From Candidatus Methylomirabilota bacterium (GTDB lineage: Bacteria > Methylomirabilota > Methylomirabilia > Rokubacteriales > CSP1-6), in contig JBKPAK010000227.1 of NCBI GenBank assembly GCA_046726415.1, forward strand, positions 1 through 49,823: a stretch of 49,823 nucleotides of DNA, written 5' to 3'. The translations under genes were made by a program, and so were the position numbers. How positions within the stretch are numbered: position 1 is the first letter of the stretch; every line of letters begins with the position of its first letter. This document shows positions 27,316 through 37,330 of the stretch, in pieces. The notes under the pieces were generated by a model that saw only the letters and a list, made by a program, of their open reading frames with translations, ran no database searches and had not been told where the DNA came from.

Positions 27316-28506
27316 ATGGCGACTGCCGTCCTCGACCTCGAGTTTGAAAAGCTTCCCGCGGAGGTCGCGGGACTGGAACGCTACTCGCGGGCCCTGGTCA
27401 TGTTGCGCGTGAGAGGACGACCGGTGGGGCAAACGGTACTTCCGGTGGCCGGAGGGAAGATTGCGGGAATGGAGCTGCGCGATGCCCTCGTGCCACTGGC
27501 GGGGCCGCACGTGTGGGAACGTCGACTGCACGATTACCTGCAATGGGACGAGGGACGAGCCACCGGCTTCGTACCGCGTCCGGCGACGATAGCCGTGTGC
27601 ACCCAGGATCGGCCCGAAGATGTGCGCCGCTGTTTGGAGGGGCTGATGCGTCTGCCCGACGATGGCCAGGAGATTCTCGTGGTGGAGAATGGCCCGGCCG
27701 GCGAGGCGACGCGGCATATTGTGAGGGGTTTTTCGTCGGTGCGATACATTTGCGAGGACCGCCCGGGCATTAGTGCGGCCCGCAATCGCGCACTGGGGGA
27801 AGCACGGTACGACATTGTGGCCTTTTGCGCCGACAACGCGACTCCGGACGCCGGGTGGTTGCGCGCCCTTCTCCGGAACTTCACCGATCCACTGGTCGTG
27901 TGTGTCACCGGCCCGAGCATGCCGCTCGAGTTGGAAACAGCGGCCCAGGAGTTGTTCGAACGGTGTTGCCCCTTCTGGCGGAGGTTCACGCGGGTGATAC
28001 TCGATGGGAATGAGCAAGACCCTCTGCAAGTGGCACCGGGCGGGCCATCGCCGAGTATGGCCTTTCGCCGGAACGTTGGCGAGATCGTTGGGTTCTACGA
28101 TGAGGCCCTCGGTCACGGCACGCCGACACGAGGCGGTGAAGATCTCGAAATGTTCGCGCGGATGCTGCGTCTCGGCTATAGGATCGTCTACGATCCGGCC
28201 GCACTCAGTTGGCATCGCTCCGGCCGCACGTGGACCGAATTACGGCGCGCGCTCTACGGCCGGGGCTGCGGAGTCTATGGCTTCTTGACGCGAAGCTTCT
28301 TCGTCAACGGCGAGATCTGGGCCCCTGCCGTCGCATGGCGCTGGTTCTGGTCGGGCCAACTTCCCGCATTGACCCGGTCCCTCACTCGCCGCGCGGACGC
28401 GGCGCCACTCACCCTGCTAGTCGCCGAACTGGGCGGCTGCCTCGCCGGCCCCTGGGCATATGCCTTGTCGCGCCGGCAGGTTCGACGGCGAAGCCGGAAC
28501 CGATGA
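27316..28506 (+). CDS. Glycosyltransferase family 2 with N-terminal accessory domain; DxD motif degenerate
   Basis: IAVCT.DR, GISAARN and GGED are present; AFCADN replaces AFTDDD. Confidence 0.88.
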   Translation: MATAVLDLEFEKLPAEVAGLERYSRALVMLRVRGRPVGQTVLPVAGGKIAGMELRDALVPLAGPHVWERRLHDYLQWDEGRATGFVPRPATIAVCTQDRPEDVRRCLEGLMRLPDDGQEILVVENGPAGEATRHIVRGFSSVRYICEDRPGISAARNRALGEARYDIVAFCADNATPDAGWLRALLRNFTDPLVVCVTGPSMPLELETAAQELFERCCPFWRRFTRVILDGNEQDPLQVAPGGPSPSMAFRRNVGEIVGFYDEALGHGTPTRGGEDLEMFARMLRLGYRIVYDPAALSWHRSGRTWTELRRALYGRGCGVYGFLTRSFFVNGEIWAPAVAWRWFWSGQLPALTRSLTRRADAAPLTLLVAELGGCLAGPWAYALSRRQVRRRSRNR

Positions 28507-29780
28507 ATTCGGTCGGGCCAGTGGTCAGCGTGATCGTTCCCTCCCACAACCGCTGTGCGTCGCTCCGGCGGTTGCTCGAGGCGCTCGGCACCCAGACGTA
28601 TCCTCGTTCTCTCATGGAAGTTGTCGTGGTGGCGGACGGATGTCATGACGGAACGGCGCACATGCTCGGGGAGTATCAGGCTCCGTTTTGCTTGAGGTGG
28701 GAGGAGCTGCCAGGACTCGGCCCCGGAGTCGCGCGGAACCGGGGAGCGGCGGAGGCGGCGGGAGCACTGCTGGTATTTATCGATGACGATGTGCGGCCCA
28801 GTCCGGGTCTGATCGAAGCGCACGTACGGGTCCACCTCGAGGAAGGCTGCCACGTGGCGATCGGATATCTGTGTTGGCCGGCCGGGGACCATGGGAACCT
28901 CTTTCGGATCGGACTGCGCTCGTGGTGGGAGAGCCAGTTTCGGGCCATGCGCCAGCCCGGGCACCGTTTTACCTACCGGGACTTGTTGAGCGGCAATTTC
29001 TCGATATCCGCCGCGCTCTTTCGCGGCCTCGGCGGGTTCGATGGCTCGCTGCCCCGGCGCGAAGACTACGAGTTCGGCCTTCGGCTGGTACAGGCCGACC
29101 TCACCTTCGCGTTCGTGCCTGCCGCCGTCGGGTACCACTACGACGAAACCGATGCGAGGGGGTCACTTCAGCGCATTTATTATGAAGGGCGTGGCGACGT
29201 GTTGATTGGGCGGCGGCATCCGGAACTCAGACCGAATCTGCCGCTTTTCCATTTCCGGGCCCCCCGCGGTCTTTTCCAGCATTCCGTGCATGCCCTGGCG
29301 TTCGACGCCCCACGGATAGGTGAGGCGTTGGCGCATGCTCTGGCGCGAGCCCTACGGCTGGCCGAAGGACTGCGCCTGCGGGGGGTCTGGCGGCGTCTAT
29401 TCATCGGCCTCCGCCACTACTGGTACCTGCGCGGGGTGGCACGGGAACTGAGGAGTCGGAAGGCTCTGAGCAGTTTTCTTCAAGGCGGGCCTGCCCGGGC
29501 CGATCAACCCGGTGGGGAAATGGAGATGGAGATCGATCTCGCTGGAGGACTTCTGGCGGCAGAGCGTCGACTGGAACGAGATCGCCCGGCCGGGATCCGC
29601 CTTTGCTACGGACAACAGGTTGTCGGTCGGGTTCCGGCGCAGACGGGGGCCGAGCGGCTACGTGGCGCGCATCTTCGACCGCTACTCGCCACAACGCTGG
29701 CCGACCAGCTGCTGAGGGCACTCATTGTCGAGCAGGTGACGTATCCGCAGCATGACGAGCGGCCTGCCTCGCCTGCGTGA
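28503..29780 (+). CDS. Glycosyltransferase family 2 with C-terminal accessory domain
   Basis: VSVIVPSHNR, VADG, FIDDD, SGNFS and REDYEFG. ATGA overlap with the upstream gene. Confidence 0.92.
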   Translation: MNSVGPVVSVIVPSHNRCASLRRLLEALGTQTYPRSLMEVVVVADGCHDGTAHMLGEYQAPFCLRWEELPGLGPGVARNRGAAEAAGALLVFIDDDVRPSPGLIEAHVRVHLEEGCHVAIGYLCWPAGDHGNLFRIGLRSWWESQFRAMRQPGHRFTYRDLLSGNFSISAALFRGLGGFDGSLPRREDYEFGLRLVQADLTFAFVPAAVGYHYDETDARGSLQRIYYEGRGDVLIGRRHPELRPNLPLFHFRAPRGLFQHSVHALAFDAPRIGEALAHALARALRLAEGLRLRGVWRRLFIGLRHYWYLRGVARELRSRKALSSFLQGGPARADQPGGEMEMEIDLAGGLLAAERRLERDRPAGIRLCYGQQVVGRVPAQTGAERLRGAHLRPLLATTLADQLLRALIVEQVTYPQHDERPASPA

Positions 29781-29816
29781 TCCCGGATGAGGCTAGAAAG
29801 AAGACTGGGTGGGGAT

Positions 29817-31019
29817 ATGGCGGCCAAAGTGTTCGATCTCGAAGTGAGCGAGAGGATCGGACCGATTTGGGACACCGAGCACTACGACTATCTTTACATT
29901 CTGGCGCGCTATCATGGACAGCCTCTCGGGTGGCTTGTGGTGGGGAACGAGAGACGGCGATCGATGGTATCCGCCGAGCGAATTCGCGAGGCCCTAGCCG
30001 AGCAAATGGTCGAGACCCTTGCCCTCGCCATGCTGAAGGAAGAGCTCAGCCCGCCTCCAGCGACGGAAAATGCCGAGGTCCCGCCGATCAGTGTGATCAT
30101 TTGCACTCGCGATCGGGCCGACCAGCTGGCTGGATGCCTCGGGTCGGTCCTGGCTCTCGACCATCCCTGCTATGAGGTCATCGTCGTGGACAACGCTCCG
30201 GGAAATGACCAGACCGCCCAACTGGCCAGAGATATGTCCGTGCGCTATGTCTGCGAGAAACGACCGGGCTTGGACTGGGCGCGGAATCGGGGCCTCGCGG
30301 AGGCCACCTATGAGATCGTCGCGTTTACTGACGATGATGCTCGTCCTGATCGGGGCTGGCTCCGAGCAATCAGCCAGGCGTTTGCCGAATCCGATGCCAT
30401 GTGCGTGACCGGTTTCATCGGGCCGGCCGAGCTCGAGACGGAGGCGCAGGAGGCGTTCGAGTTTGCCTACGGGGGCATGGGTAAAGGCTTTAGGCGGCGA
30501 ACTTTCCGAGCCGGCGGCCTCAGCAAGCGCGACTTGCTGTGGGCGAACACGTTCGGTGTGGGCGCAAACATGGCCTTTCGGCAGGAGCTCTTTCGGCGCC
30601 TTGGGCCGTTCGATGTTGCCCTCGATGCGGGCACTCCTGCCGGCGGCGCCGGTGATCTCGAGATGTTTCATCGCCTGATCGCAAACGGCTATGTCCTCGT
30701 CTACGAACCGACCGCGATTGTCTGGCATCGCCACCGGCGGTCTCCGGGCCAGCTTCGGCGGCAGCTCTATGATAACGGTCGAGGCTTTGGCTCGTACGTG
30801 CTGACCTGCATTCGCCGCGGCACGGTCACTGTCCGGAGCGGTGTGAAATTCGTGGTCCTGGAATGGTGGGGGCGATGGTTGGTGGGCCGCCTCCTCCGCC
30901 CCAGAAGTCTCCCGAGGAGATTCGTCCTCTGCGAGCTGTGCGGGGCGCTGAGGAGCCCGCTGGCCTACAGGGCCGCTCAGGTGCGGTCCCGGCGGATAGC
31001 GGTCACCGAGGCTGATTAG
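29817..31019 (+). CDS. Glycosyltransferase family 2 with N-terminal accessory domain
   Basis: ISVIICTRDR, VVDNAP, GLDWARN, AFTDDD and GANMAFR. Confidence 0.93.
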   Translation: MAAKVFDLEVSERIGPIWDTEHYDYLYILARYHGQPLGWLVVGNERRRSMVSAERIREALAEQMVETLALAMLKEELSPPPATENAEVPPISVIICTRDRADQLAGCLGSVLALDHPCYEVIVVDNAPGNDQTAQLARDMSVRYVCEKRPGLDWARNRGLAEATYEIVAFTDDDARPDRGWLRAISQAFAESDAMCVTGFIGPAELETEAQEAFEFAYGGMGKGFRRRTFRAGGLSKRDLLWANTFGVGANMAFRQELFRRLGPFDVALDAGTPAGGAGDLEMFHRLIANGYVLVYEPTAIVWHRHRRSPGQLRRQLYDNGRGFGSYVLTCIRRGTVTVRSGVKFVVLEWWGRWLVGRLLRPRSLPRRFVLCELCGALRSPLAYRAAQVRSRRIAVTEAD

Positions 31020-31316
31020 GAGCCAAAGCGGCATTGCCACGTGTGGGTGTCGGCCCGGTGGCCGAGGGGCTGCGAGACGCCATCGCCCCCATCAGCCCGG
31101 GTATGCTGGCCACCGCGACTCTCGACAAGCGGCCCGCCCGCAGGCTTCCGGTCCTGGCCGAGGCGTTGCCCGAGCGGCGACGGCGTAACCCGTGAGCTCG
31201 TCAGCGCCCGTTGAAGCGCTGAGCCGCAGGAGGTCTTCGTCACCGGCGTCTCCCGCAGAGCCAATAGTTTCCCTCAGCCATCGGCCGCTGGCGGCGGGCG
31301 GGTGCCTTCTTCGCCG

Positions 31317-32909
31317 ATGAGCCGAGGCCGTATCGGGAAGTCCGCCGTCGGCGACGCCTTCGACGGGCGCCTGCGCTGGTGGCTCGGTTCCTTCCTCATC
31401 ACCTATTACGCACTGACGTTCGGTGGGCGCCACTACTCCATAGATGGCATCCTGATGTTCCAGTCCGCAAAGGCCCTCCTGTTCCGGGGCTCGCTGCATC
31501 TCGATCCCCCTGTGCGCTGGGGCGACGATCTGCAGAGCCTCTACGGAATCGGGATGACGCTCGCGTACGTTCCGCTTCTCATCCTGTGGTGGCCGCTTTT
31601 CTCGCTGAGGCCGGGGCTTACGGCGATCCCCTACGATCCCACCCTGCTGCGCAATCCCTCGTTGGCCGCGAATCTTCCCTACTTCCTTTGCTCCTGGTTG
31701 AACCCTCTGCTCACGGCCCTCACTGGCTGTCTCGTCTACACGATCGGCCGCATGCTCGGCCTCACGCGCGGCTGGGCTCTAGCAGGCGCCCTCGGCTTCG
31801 GCATCGCATCGCCGGCGGCTGTATACGCACGGTTGGACTTCAACCAGCCGCTGGCGGCGCTCACACTCGCGGTGACGGCCTGGGGCCTGCTGCGAGCCGG
31901 CCGAACGGGCGGATTGGTGCCGCTCTTCGCTGCCCTCGCCGCCCTCGGTTACGCGATCCTCACCCGGCTCGAACTAGCCGTGCTAGCCCCGTTCGTGGCA
32001 GCGTGGGTGATGCTGCAGGGGCTCCGCCACGGGCTCACACCGACGCTGGGTCGACTGATGCTCATGGGCGCGGTGGTAGCCCTGGCGACCCTGGTCTCGA
32101 TCGCAATTACCCAGCTCAGAGCGCCTGGCCCCATCATCCGCGGCGCCACCGATGCCTCGGACCTCTTCACGCTGATGCCGCTGCGCGTGCTGGCTGGTGG
32201 CGCCGGGCTGCTGGCGAGCCCTGGGCGTGGCCTGCTCTTCTTCTTTCCACTTACCTGGCTTGCGGTTCCCGGCCTCGTGCGGCTGATGAGGACGCGTCCG
32301 GTCGATGGAACCCTGATGACGGGGTTGATCGGCATCCCGTTCGCACTCTACGCGAGCTACTTCGCGTGGTGGAGCGGCGGCTGGACGTGGGGTCCCCGCT
32401 TCATGGTTCCCTTGCTGCCGCTGCTGGCGGTGCTGGCAGCCTACTACGCCGCCGAGCGCGGATGGCGCCGGCTGTTCGGCGCCCTGGTCGCCCTTGGGCT
32501 GTTGGCGAGCCTCAACGGCATCCTCTTTGACTTTATCGACTTCGGGCGCTGGCTGTACGTCGTGCAGGGCATGCGCGACAATGCCAGCACGCAGTTCGAC
32601 CTCGTCGCCTCGACGCTCGTCTCGGGGTGGTGGCAGCCCCCGGGAAAGTCACTCGACGTGTTCTGGCTGCGGTTGCTCGACGCCGAGCAGATCCGGAAGT
32701 ATGGCCGGCTTTTCATCGACACGGAAGCAAGCCAGAGTCCGCTCCTGGCCATCGGCGCGCGCGCGGCCGCCGTCGCCGCCATCTCCGGGTTACTGGCGTG
32801 GCTCGCGTACTCGGGCTGTCGGCTGATGCGCCTCGCGGGCACGCCCCCTGAGTCGCCACGGAGTGGATCAGAGTCGCCGCCTGTCGTCGAGTCGGACCGA
32901 TCGGATTGA
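31317..32909 (+). CDS. Polytopic membrane protein, GT-C-like (lipid-carrier-dependent glycosyltransferase)
   Basis: More than 10 TM segments, N-terminal YSIDG acidic loop, SPGRGLLFFFP and WGPRFMVP. Confidence 0.75.
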   Translation: MSRGRIGKSAVGDAFDGRLRWWLGSFLITYYALTFGGRHYSIDGILMFQSAKALLFRGSLHLDPPVRWGDDLQSLYGIGMTLAYVPLLILWWPLFSLRPGLTAIPYDPTLLRNPSLAANLPYFLCSWLNPLLTALTGCLVYTIGRMLGLTRGWALAGALGFGIASPAAVYARLDFNQPLAALTLAVTAWGLLRAGRTGGLVPLFAALAALGYAILTRLELAVLAPFVAAWVMLQGLRHGLTPTLGRLMLMGAVVALATLVSIAITQLRAPGPIIRGATDASDLFTLMPLRVLAGGAGLLASPGRGLLFFFPLTWLAVPGLVRLMRTRPVDGTLMTGLIGIPFALYASYFAWWSGGWTWGPRFMVPLLPLLAVLAAYYAAERGWRRLFGALVALGLLASLNGILFDFIDFGRWLYVVQGMRDNASTQFDLVASTLVSGWWQPPGKSLDVFWLRLLDAEQIRKYGRLFIDTEASQSPLLAIGARAAAVAAISGLLAWLAYSGCRLMRLAGTPPESPRSGSESPPVVESDRSD

Positions 32910-33093
32910 ATGCTCTTGGAAAGGGCGGTCTTGCCTTTGGTAAAGCGGCTACGCTCGCTCTCGACGCCAGGTCGGCGGTACATGGAAAGCGGTTGTTCGG
33001 AAAGACAATCGTGACGGAAACTGGCGCCATGCGGACCACGGCGCTCGACTCGCCGTACGCTTCAGTATTTCGTCTTGACGGCCCGGCACGCGC

Positions 33094-33999
33094 ATGAGCT
33101 TGGAGGAGACGTTCGGACGGATCGTCGGCAGCATGCGCCGCCGCCGCGGCCGGGCGGCTCCCCAGGAGCCCAGCCCGGCCTGGCCACCAGGGCACTTCTA
33201 CTCGCCCATCCCCTCGCTCGACGAAGTGCGCTGGCGGGAGGGCGTGATCTTTGGTCCGGCGCCGCGCGCGATTCCTGGCGTCGACTTGAACGAGCCGGGA
33301 CAGTTCGCCTGTTTCGAGGCTATGGCGCCCTTTTACGCGGAGCAGCCCTTCGGGCCCCAGCCCCAGGCCGGGCTCCGCTTCTATTTCGACAACCCAAACT
33401 TCTCCTGCGGCGAAGGCATCATCCTGTATTGCTTGGTCCGCCACGCGCGCCCCCTCCGGATCGTCGAGATCGGGTCGGGGTACTCCTCCGCCGCGATCCT
33501 CGACGTGAACGAGCGCCACTTCGGCAACGCCATCGCGTGCACCTTCGTGGAGCCCTACCCGGAATTGCTCGACTCATTGCTCGCGCCCGGGGACCGGGAG
33601 CGCATCGAGATTATCAGGCGCCCGGTCCAGGAGGTCGGCCGCGAGCCGCTCGAGGCGCTCGGCTCCGGCGATGTGCTCATGGTGGACTCGACTCACGTGC
33701 TCAAGACCGGCAGCGACGTCAACTACATCCTGTTCGAGATTCTGCCGGGGCTCGCCCCGGGGGTCTATGTCCACTTCCACGACGTGTACTACCCGTTCGA
33801 GTACCCGCGCGAGTGGGTCTACGCGGGGCGTGCCTGGAATGAGGTCTACGCACTCCGAGCGTTCCTCCAGTACAACACGGTGTTCGAGATCGTCTACTTC
33901 AACTCGTTCTTCGCCACATTCCACAGAGAACGGCTGCGCGCCGCCATGCCACTCTGCGCCATGCACCCGGGCTCCAGCCTCTGGCTGCGCAAGCGGTGA
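33094..33999 (+). CDS. Class I SAM-dependent methyltransferase (Methyltransf_24-like)
   Basis: GHFYSPIP, VEIGSGYSS, VEPYP, DSTHV and HFHD. Confidence 0.88.
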   Translation: MSLEETFGRIVGSMRRRRGRAAPQEPSPAWPPGHFYSPIPSLDEVRWREGVIFGPAPRAIPGVDLNEPGQFACFEAMAPFYAEQPFGPQPQAGLRFYFDNPNFSCGEGIILYCLVRHARPLRIVEIGSGYSSAAILDVNERHFGNAIACTFVEPYPELLDSLLAPGDRERIEIIRRPVQEVGREPLEALGSGDVLMVDSTHVLKTGSDVNYILFEILPGLAPGVYVHFHDVYYPFEYPREWVYAGRAWNEVYALRAFLQYNTVFEIVYFNSFFATFHRERLRAAMPLCAMHPGSSLWLRKR

Positions 34000-34035
34000 C
34001 GCGGATGTGTCAATGACAGGCTCCCTGCTTTCGCG

Positions 34036-34974
34036 GTGACCATGATGGCGCCCGATCACCCGTCGTCCGGTGAGGGACACTTGCTCGGGCGCTTGATGAG
34101 AAAGCTACTCGGTCGTACGGACGGCGCCAACCCGTCAGCCGACGGAGGGGCCGGCTATCCGGCGTGGGTGGCCTACGAGCCCGCCTTGATCCCGCCGCCG
34201 GAGCTCATGCGCCGCGAGGCCGTGGAGGTGCTCGAGGAGTGGTTCCACTGGGCCGAGGAGTGGAGCATGTTGCTCCGAATCTACGGCGGCATGACCCAGC
34301 GAAGCCGCGTCTTGGAGATCGGCTGCGGGCTGGGCCGCGTCGCCTACGCCCTCCGCGTCATCCTCACCGCCGATGGCTCCTACGACGGCTTCGATGTGGC
34401 CCGGGACAAGATCGCCTTCCTGGAAGGCACCTTCGGGCGGGCCTACCCGAACTTCCGCTTCGTCTGGGCCGACGTGCACAACACCACCTACAACCCCTCC
34501 GGCCGATTCCGGGGCGCGGAGTATCGTTTCCCCTACCCAGACCGCTTCTTCGACGTGGTCTTCGCGGCCTCGGTCTTCACACACTTGCTTCCGGAAACGG
34601 CCGCCCGCTACCTCCAGGAAGCGGCGCGCGTGCTCCGACCCGGTGGACACTGTGTCTTCAGTTTTTTCCTCCTGGATCACTACCGCCGCGGTCATCCCCG
34701 GCCCTGGGGCTTCGCCCAGAAGTACTTCGCCTTCGATCACGCTTTCGGTGACCACCCGCGCAACGATTTCGCGGTCGCCAACCCGCGGGATCCGGAGAAC
34801 ACCAGCGCCTACAGCGTCCGTCTCCTCGAGAGGATGGCTGCGGATGCAGGACTCCGGAGGACGAGGGCGCCAGTGCCGGGAGCATGGTCGGGCACGGTCG
34901 AACACTGGATCGGTGCGCAGGATGTCCTCACTTTTGCGCACGCGGAGGAACGCGGTGGCGACGGCGGGCCTTGA
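34036..34974 (+). CDS. Class I SAM-dependent methyltransferase
   Basis: VLEIGCGLGR, FDVVFAASVFTHL and RVLRPGG. Confidence 0.9.
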   Translation: MTMMAPDHPSSGEGHLLGRLMRKLLGRTDGANPSADGGAGYPAWVAYEPALIPPPELMRREAVEVLEEWFHWAEEWSMLLRIYGGMTQRSRVLEIGCGLGRVAYALRVILTADGSYDGFDVARDKIAFLEGTFGRAYPNFRFVWADVHNTTYNPSGRFRGAEYRFPYPDRFFDVVFAASVFTHLLPETAARYLQEAARVLRPGGHCVFSFFLLDHYRRGHPRPWGFAQKYFAFDHAFGDHPRNDFAVANPRDPENTSAYSVRLLERMAADAGLRRTRAPVPGAWSGTVEHWIGAQDVLTFAHAEERGGDGGP

Positions 34975-35127
34975 TCTCGAGCTCACGTCGCGGCCGCGCA
35001 CGGGAGCGAAGGGCTGGACTGCTCTGTTCAAAATGGCGACGGGACTCGCGGAAGGTTGGTCTTCACGAGCTGCCGGAGTACGTGCGAACGCATGGGCGGC
35101 ATCGCCCGACCGGCTTGAGGCGCGGCG

Positions 35128-36564
35128 ATGGAAGTGACCGCACCCGGGGCGATCCTGAGCAGTTCGTCCGCGCCGGCCGGGTCGGATCGCATAACGAGCG
35201 GCATTGTGTGGGGCGTGTGGCTTGCCCTCACGGCGAGCCTCGTGTGGGGCATGGCGCGCTGGAGTTCGCCGATCCCGCTCGCGGAGGACTGGCTCATGGT
35301 TGCCCCGCTCACCGGGCACGAGCCGGACCTCGCGCAGTGGCTGTGGGCGCAGGTCAACGAGCATCGGGTTCCGGTGCCGCGCGGGGTGCTGCTTGGCCTG
35401 CTCCGGGCGACCCACGGTGATTTCCGCGCGGGCGGGTTCTTCAGCATCGCCGTGCTCGCCGCGATGGCGGCCACCGCCATTCTCACCGTACGCGGCTGGC
35501 GGGGCGGCCGCACGGAGGTCGCCGATGCGTTTTTTCCGATGCTGCTCCTGCACTTCGGACACGCCAGTAATCTCCTCATGGGCTGGCAGGTGGTGTTCGT
35601 TGTGCCGACCGCGGTGATCCTCGTTTTGGTGATCGGATTCTGCGCGCCGCGACCGATCGCCACGCGCGGAGCGGTCGCGGCGGTTGCGGTGGGCGTCGCA
35701 CTGTTGCCGTTTTGCGGAGCGAACGGACTCTTGTTCGTGCCGGGCGTCGGAGTGTATGCGGGCTGGGTGGGTTGGTGCATGTGGCGCGCCCATAAAGGAT
35801 GGCGCCAGGGACGCGCGGCGGGAGGGTGGCTGATGGCCGCCTCCGCATGCGCGGCGATTGTCGGAGCGCTGTATTTCGTGGGCTACGCCCATCCGTGGTG
35901 GAATCCACCGAATCCCGGCATCGTGCCTTCCGCGAAAGTCACGCTCAAGGTGCTCGCCCTCGGCCTGGGCCCGGGCGTGGGAGCCGCGTGGAAACCGTGG
36001 CTCGCGGTGGCGACGGCGAGCGTGGCGGTCACTGCGTGGGTCGCGCTGCGTGCGATCCGCGAGCGTCGGGGAGGCGAGCGCGCCGCGACGTGGGGCGCGG
36101 TCGTGATCGGCCTCAACCTGCTTGGCTTTGTCGCACTCATCGGCTGGGTGCGCGCGGGTTATGTGCCCATGTTCGGAATCCCGATCCGTTACGCGCTGCT
36201 GGGCGTACCGGTGTGGTGTGCGGTGTATTTGTTTTGGGAGCGGTTTGCCTCGGGGGTGCCGCGGCGCATCGCTCAAGGCGGACTGGCCGCGATCGCGCTC
36301 GTGCTCTTGCCATTCAACCTACGGGCCGGTTACACCGATTTCGCGCGGTGGTACCACGAGGGCATGACCGCGGTGCGCACCGATCTCGACCGCGGTCTAT
36401 CGGTGGCGGAAGTGGCGTCGCGCCACCAGGGATTTCTTGTACACCCGTGGACGCCGGAGCGTCTCGCCGAGCACATGCGGTTCCTGGAGGCGAGCGGCGT
36501 TGCGCCGTTCAACCGCGCGACAACGAAACAAGCGGCGCCGAAGAGGGGGGTCACATGGGACTAG
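35128..36564 (+). CDS. Polytopic membrane protein, GT-C-like
   Basis: PLAEDW, WLWAQVNEHR N-terminal loop, many TM segments and a late RY motif. Confidence 0.72.
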   Translation: MEVTAPGAILSSSSAPAGSDRITSGIVWGVWLALTASLVWGMARWSSPIPLAEDWLMVAPLTGHEPDLAQWLWAQVNEHRVPVPRGVLLGLLRATHGDFRAGGFFSIAVLAAMAATAILTVRGWRGGRTEVADAFFPMLLLHFGHASNLLMGWQVVFVVPTAVILVLVIGFCAPRPIATRGAVAAVAVGVALLPFCGANGLLFVPGVGVYAGWVGWCMWRAHKGWRQGRAAGGWLMAASACAAIVGALYFVGYAHPWWNPPNPGIVPSAKVTLKVLALGLGPGVGAAWKPWLAVATASVAVTAWVALRAIRERRGGERAATWGAVVIGLNLLGFVALIGWVRAGYVPMFGIPIRYALLGVPVWCAVYLFWERFASGVPRRIAQGGLAAIALVLLPFNLRAGYTDFARWYHEGMTAVRTDLDRGLSVAEVASRHQGFLVHPWTPERLAEHMRFLEASGVAPFNRATTKQAAPKRGVTWD

Positions 36565-37330
36565 TGGGCGAAGGGAAGGTGACGCCCGTCTCCGAATCTA
36601 AGGCCGTGCTGTATCGTGAAACGATTTCATCGGCGGGCCCGTGGGCGACCAGATGTCCCGACTCGAGCCACAGGACCTCGTCGCAGAGATTGCCGACGAG
36701 CCCTGAGTCGTGGGAGACGAGCACGATCGTACAGCCGCGGGCCTTCAGGAGTCTGATGCGGTCCACGCACTTACGCTGGAAGGCGAGGTCACCGACCGCC
36801 AACACTTCGTCGATCAAGAGGACGTCCGGCTCAGTGTGGATGGCCACAGCAAACGCCAAACGCATTTGCATGCCAGTGCTGTAGGTCCTGAGCGGGCTAT
36901 GAACGAGATCGCCCACCTCGGCGAAATCGATGATCGCGTCGAACCGTGCCGCAACGTCGCGGCGCCGGAGGCCACCAATGACGCCTTCGACGAAGACGTT
37001 CTCGCGACCGGTCAGATCGCCGTGGAACCCTACGCCGAGATTCAGCAAGCCGCTGATCCGCCCGCGCACGGTGACCGTGCCCTCGTCAGGCCGGCCGATT
37101 CCGCCGATCAGTCTCAGCATCGTGGACTTTCCGGCGCCGTTACGGCCGATGACACCGATCATGGAACCTGGCGCGATCTGAAAGGTGACGTTCCGCAAAC
37201 CCCAGAACCAAGGGGCCGGTCCGGCGCCGTGTAGACCCCTGACGACGGCCTCCTGGAACGTCCGCGCTCGATCGGGGCGGTGTCGCCGGAACCGTTTCCC
37301 GAGGCCCACGGCCGCGATCGCATGCTCCAC
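36551..37330 (-). CDS. wzt: Polysaccharide ABC exporter ATP-binding protein (Wzt/TagH), lacking the C-terminal carbohydrate-binding domain
   Basis: GRNGAGKST, YSTGMQMRLAF, DEVLAVGDLAF and VSH. Confidence 0.92.
   Translation of the reverse strand: MEHAIAAVGLGKRFRRHRPDRARTFQEAVVRGLHGAGPAPWFWGLRNVTFQIAPGSMIGVIGRNGAGKSTMLRLIGGIGRPDEGTVTVRGRISGLLNLGVGFHGDLTGRENVFVEGVIGGLRRRDVAARFDAIIDFAEVGDLVHSPLRTYSTGMQMRLAFAVAIHTEPDVLLIDEVLAVGDLAFQRKCVDRIRLLKARGCTIVLVSHDSGLVGNLCDEVLWLESGHLVAHGPADEIVSRYSTALDSETGVTFPSPTSPM

Noticed and set aside
28209-28502. Upstream extension of the GT2 ORF 28209-29780
   Set aside because: Overlaps the previous GT2; the ATGA-coupled start at 28503 fits the domain boundary.
34135-36276. 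713-aa minus-strand ORF, and similar long antisense ORFs (45840-47534, 26977-28215, 3858-5162)
   Set aside because: Shadow ORFs of well-supported genes in high-GC DNA, with no recognisable motifs.
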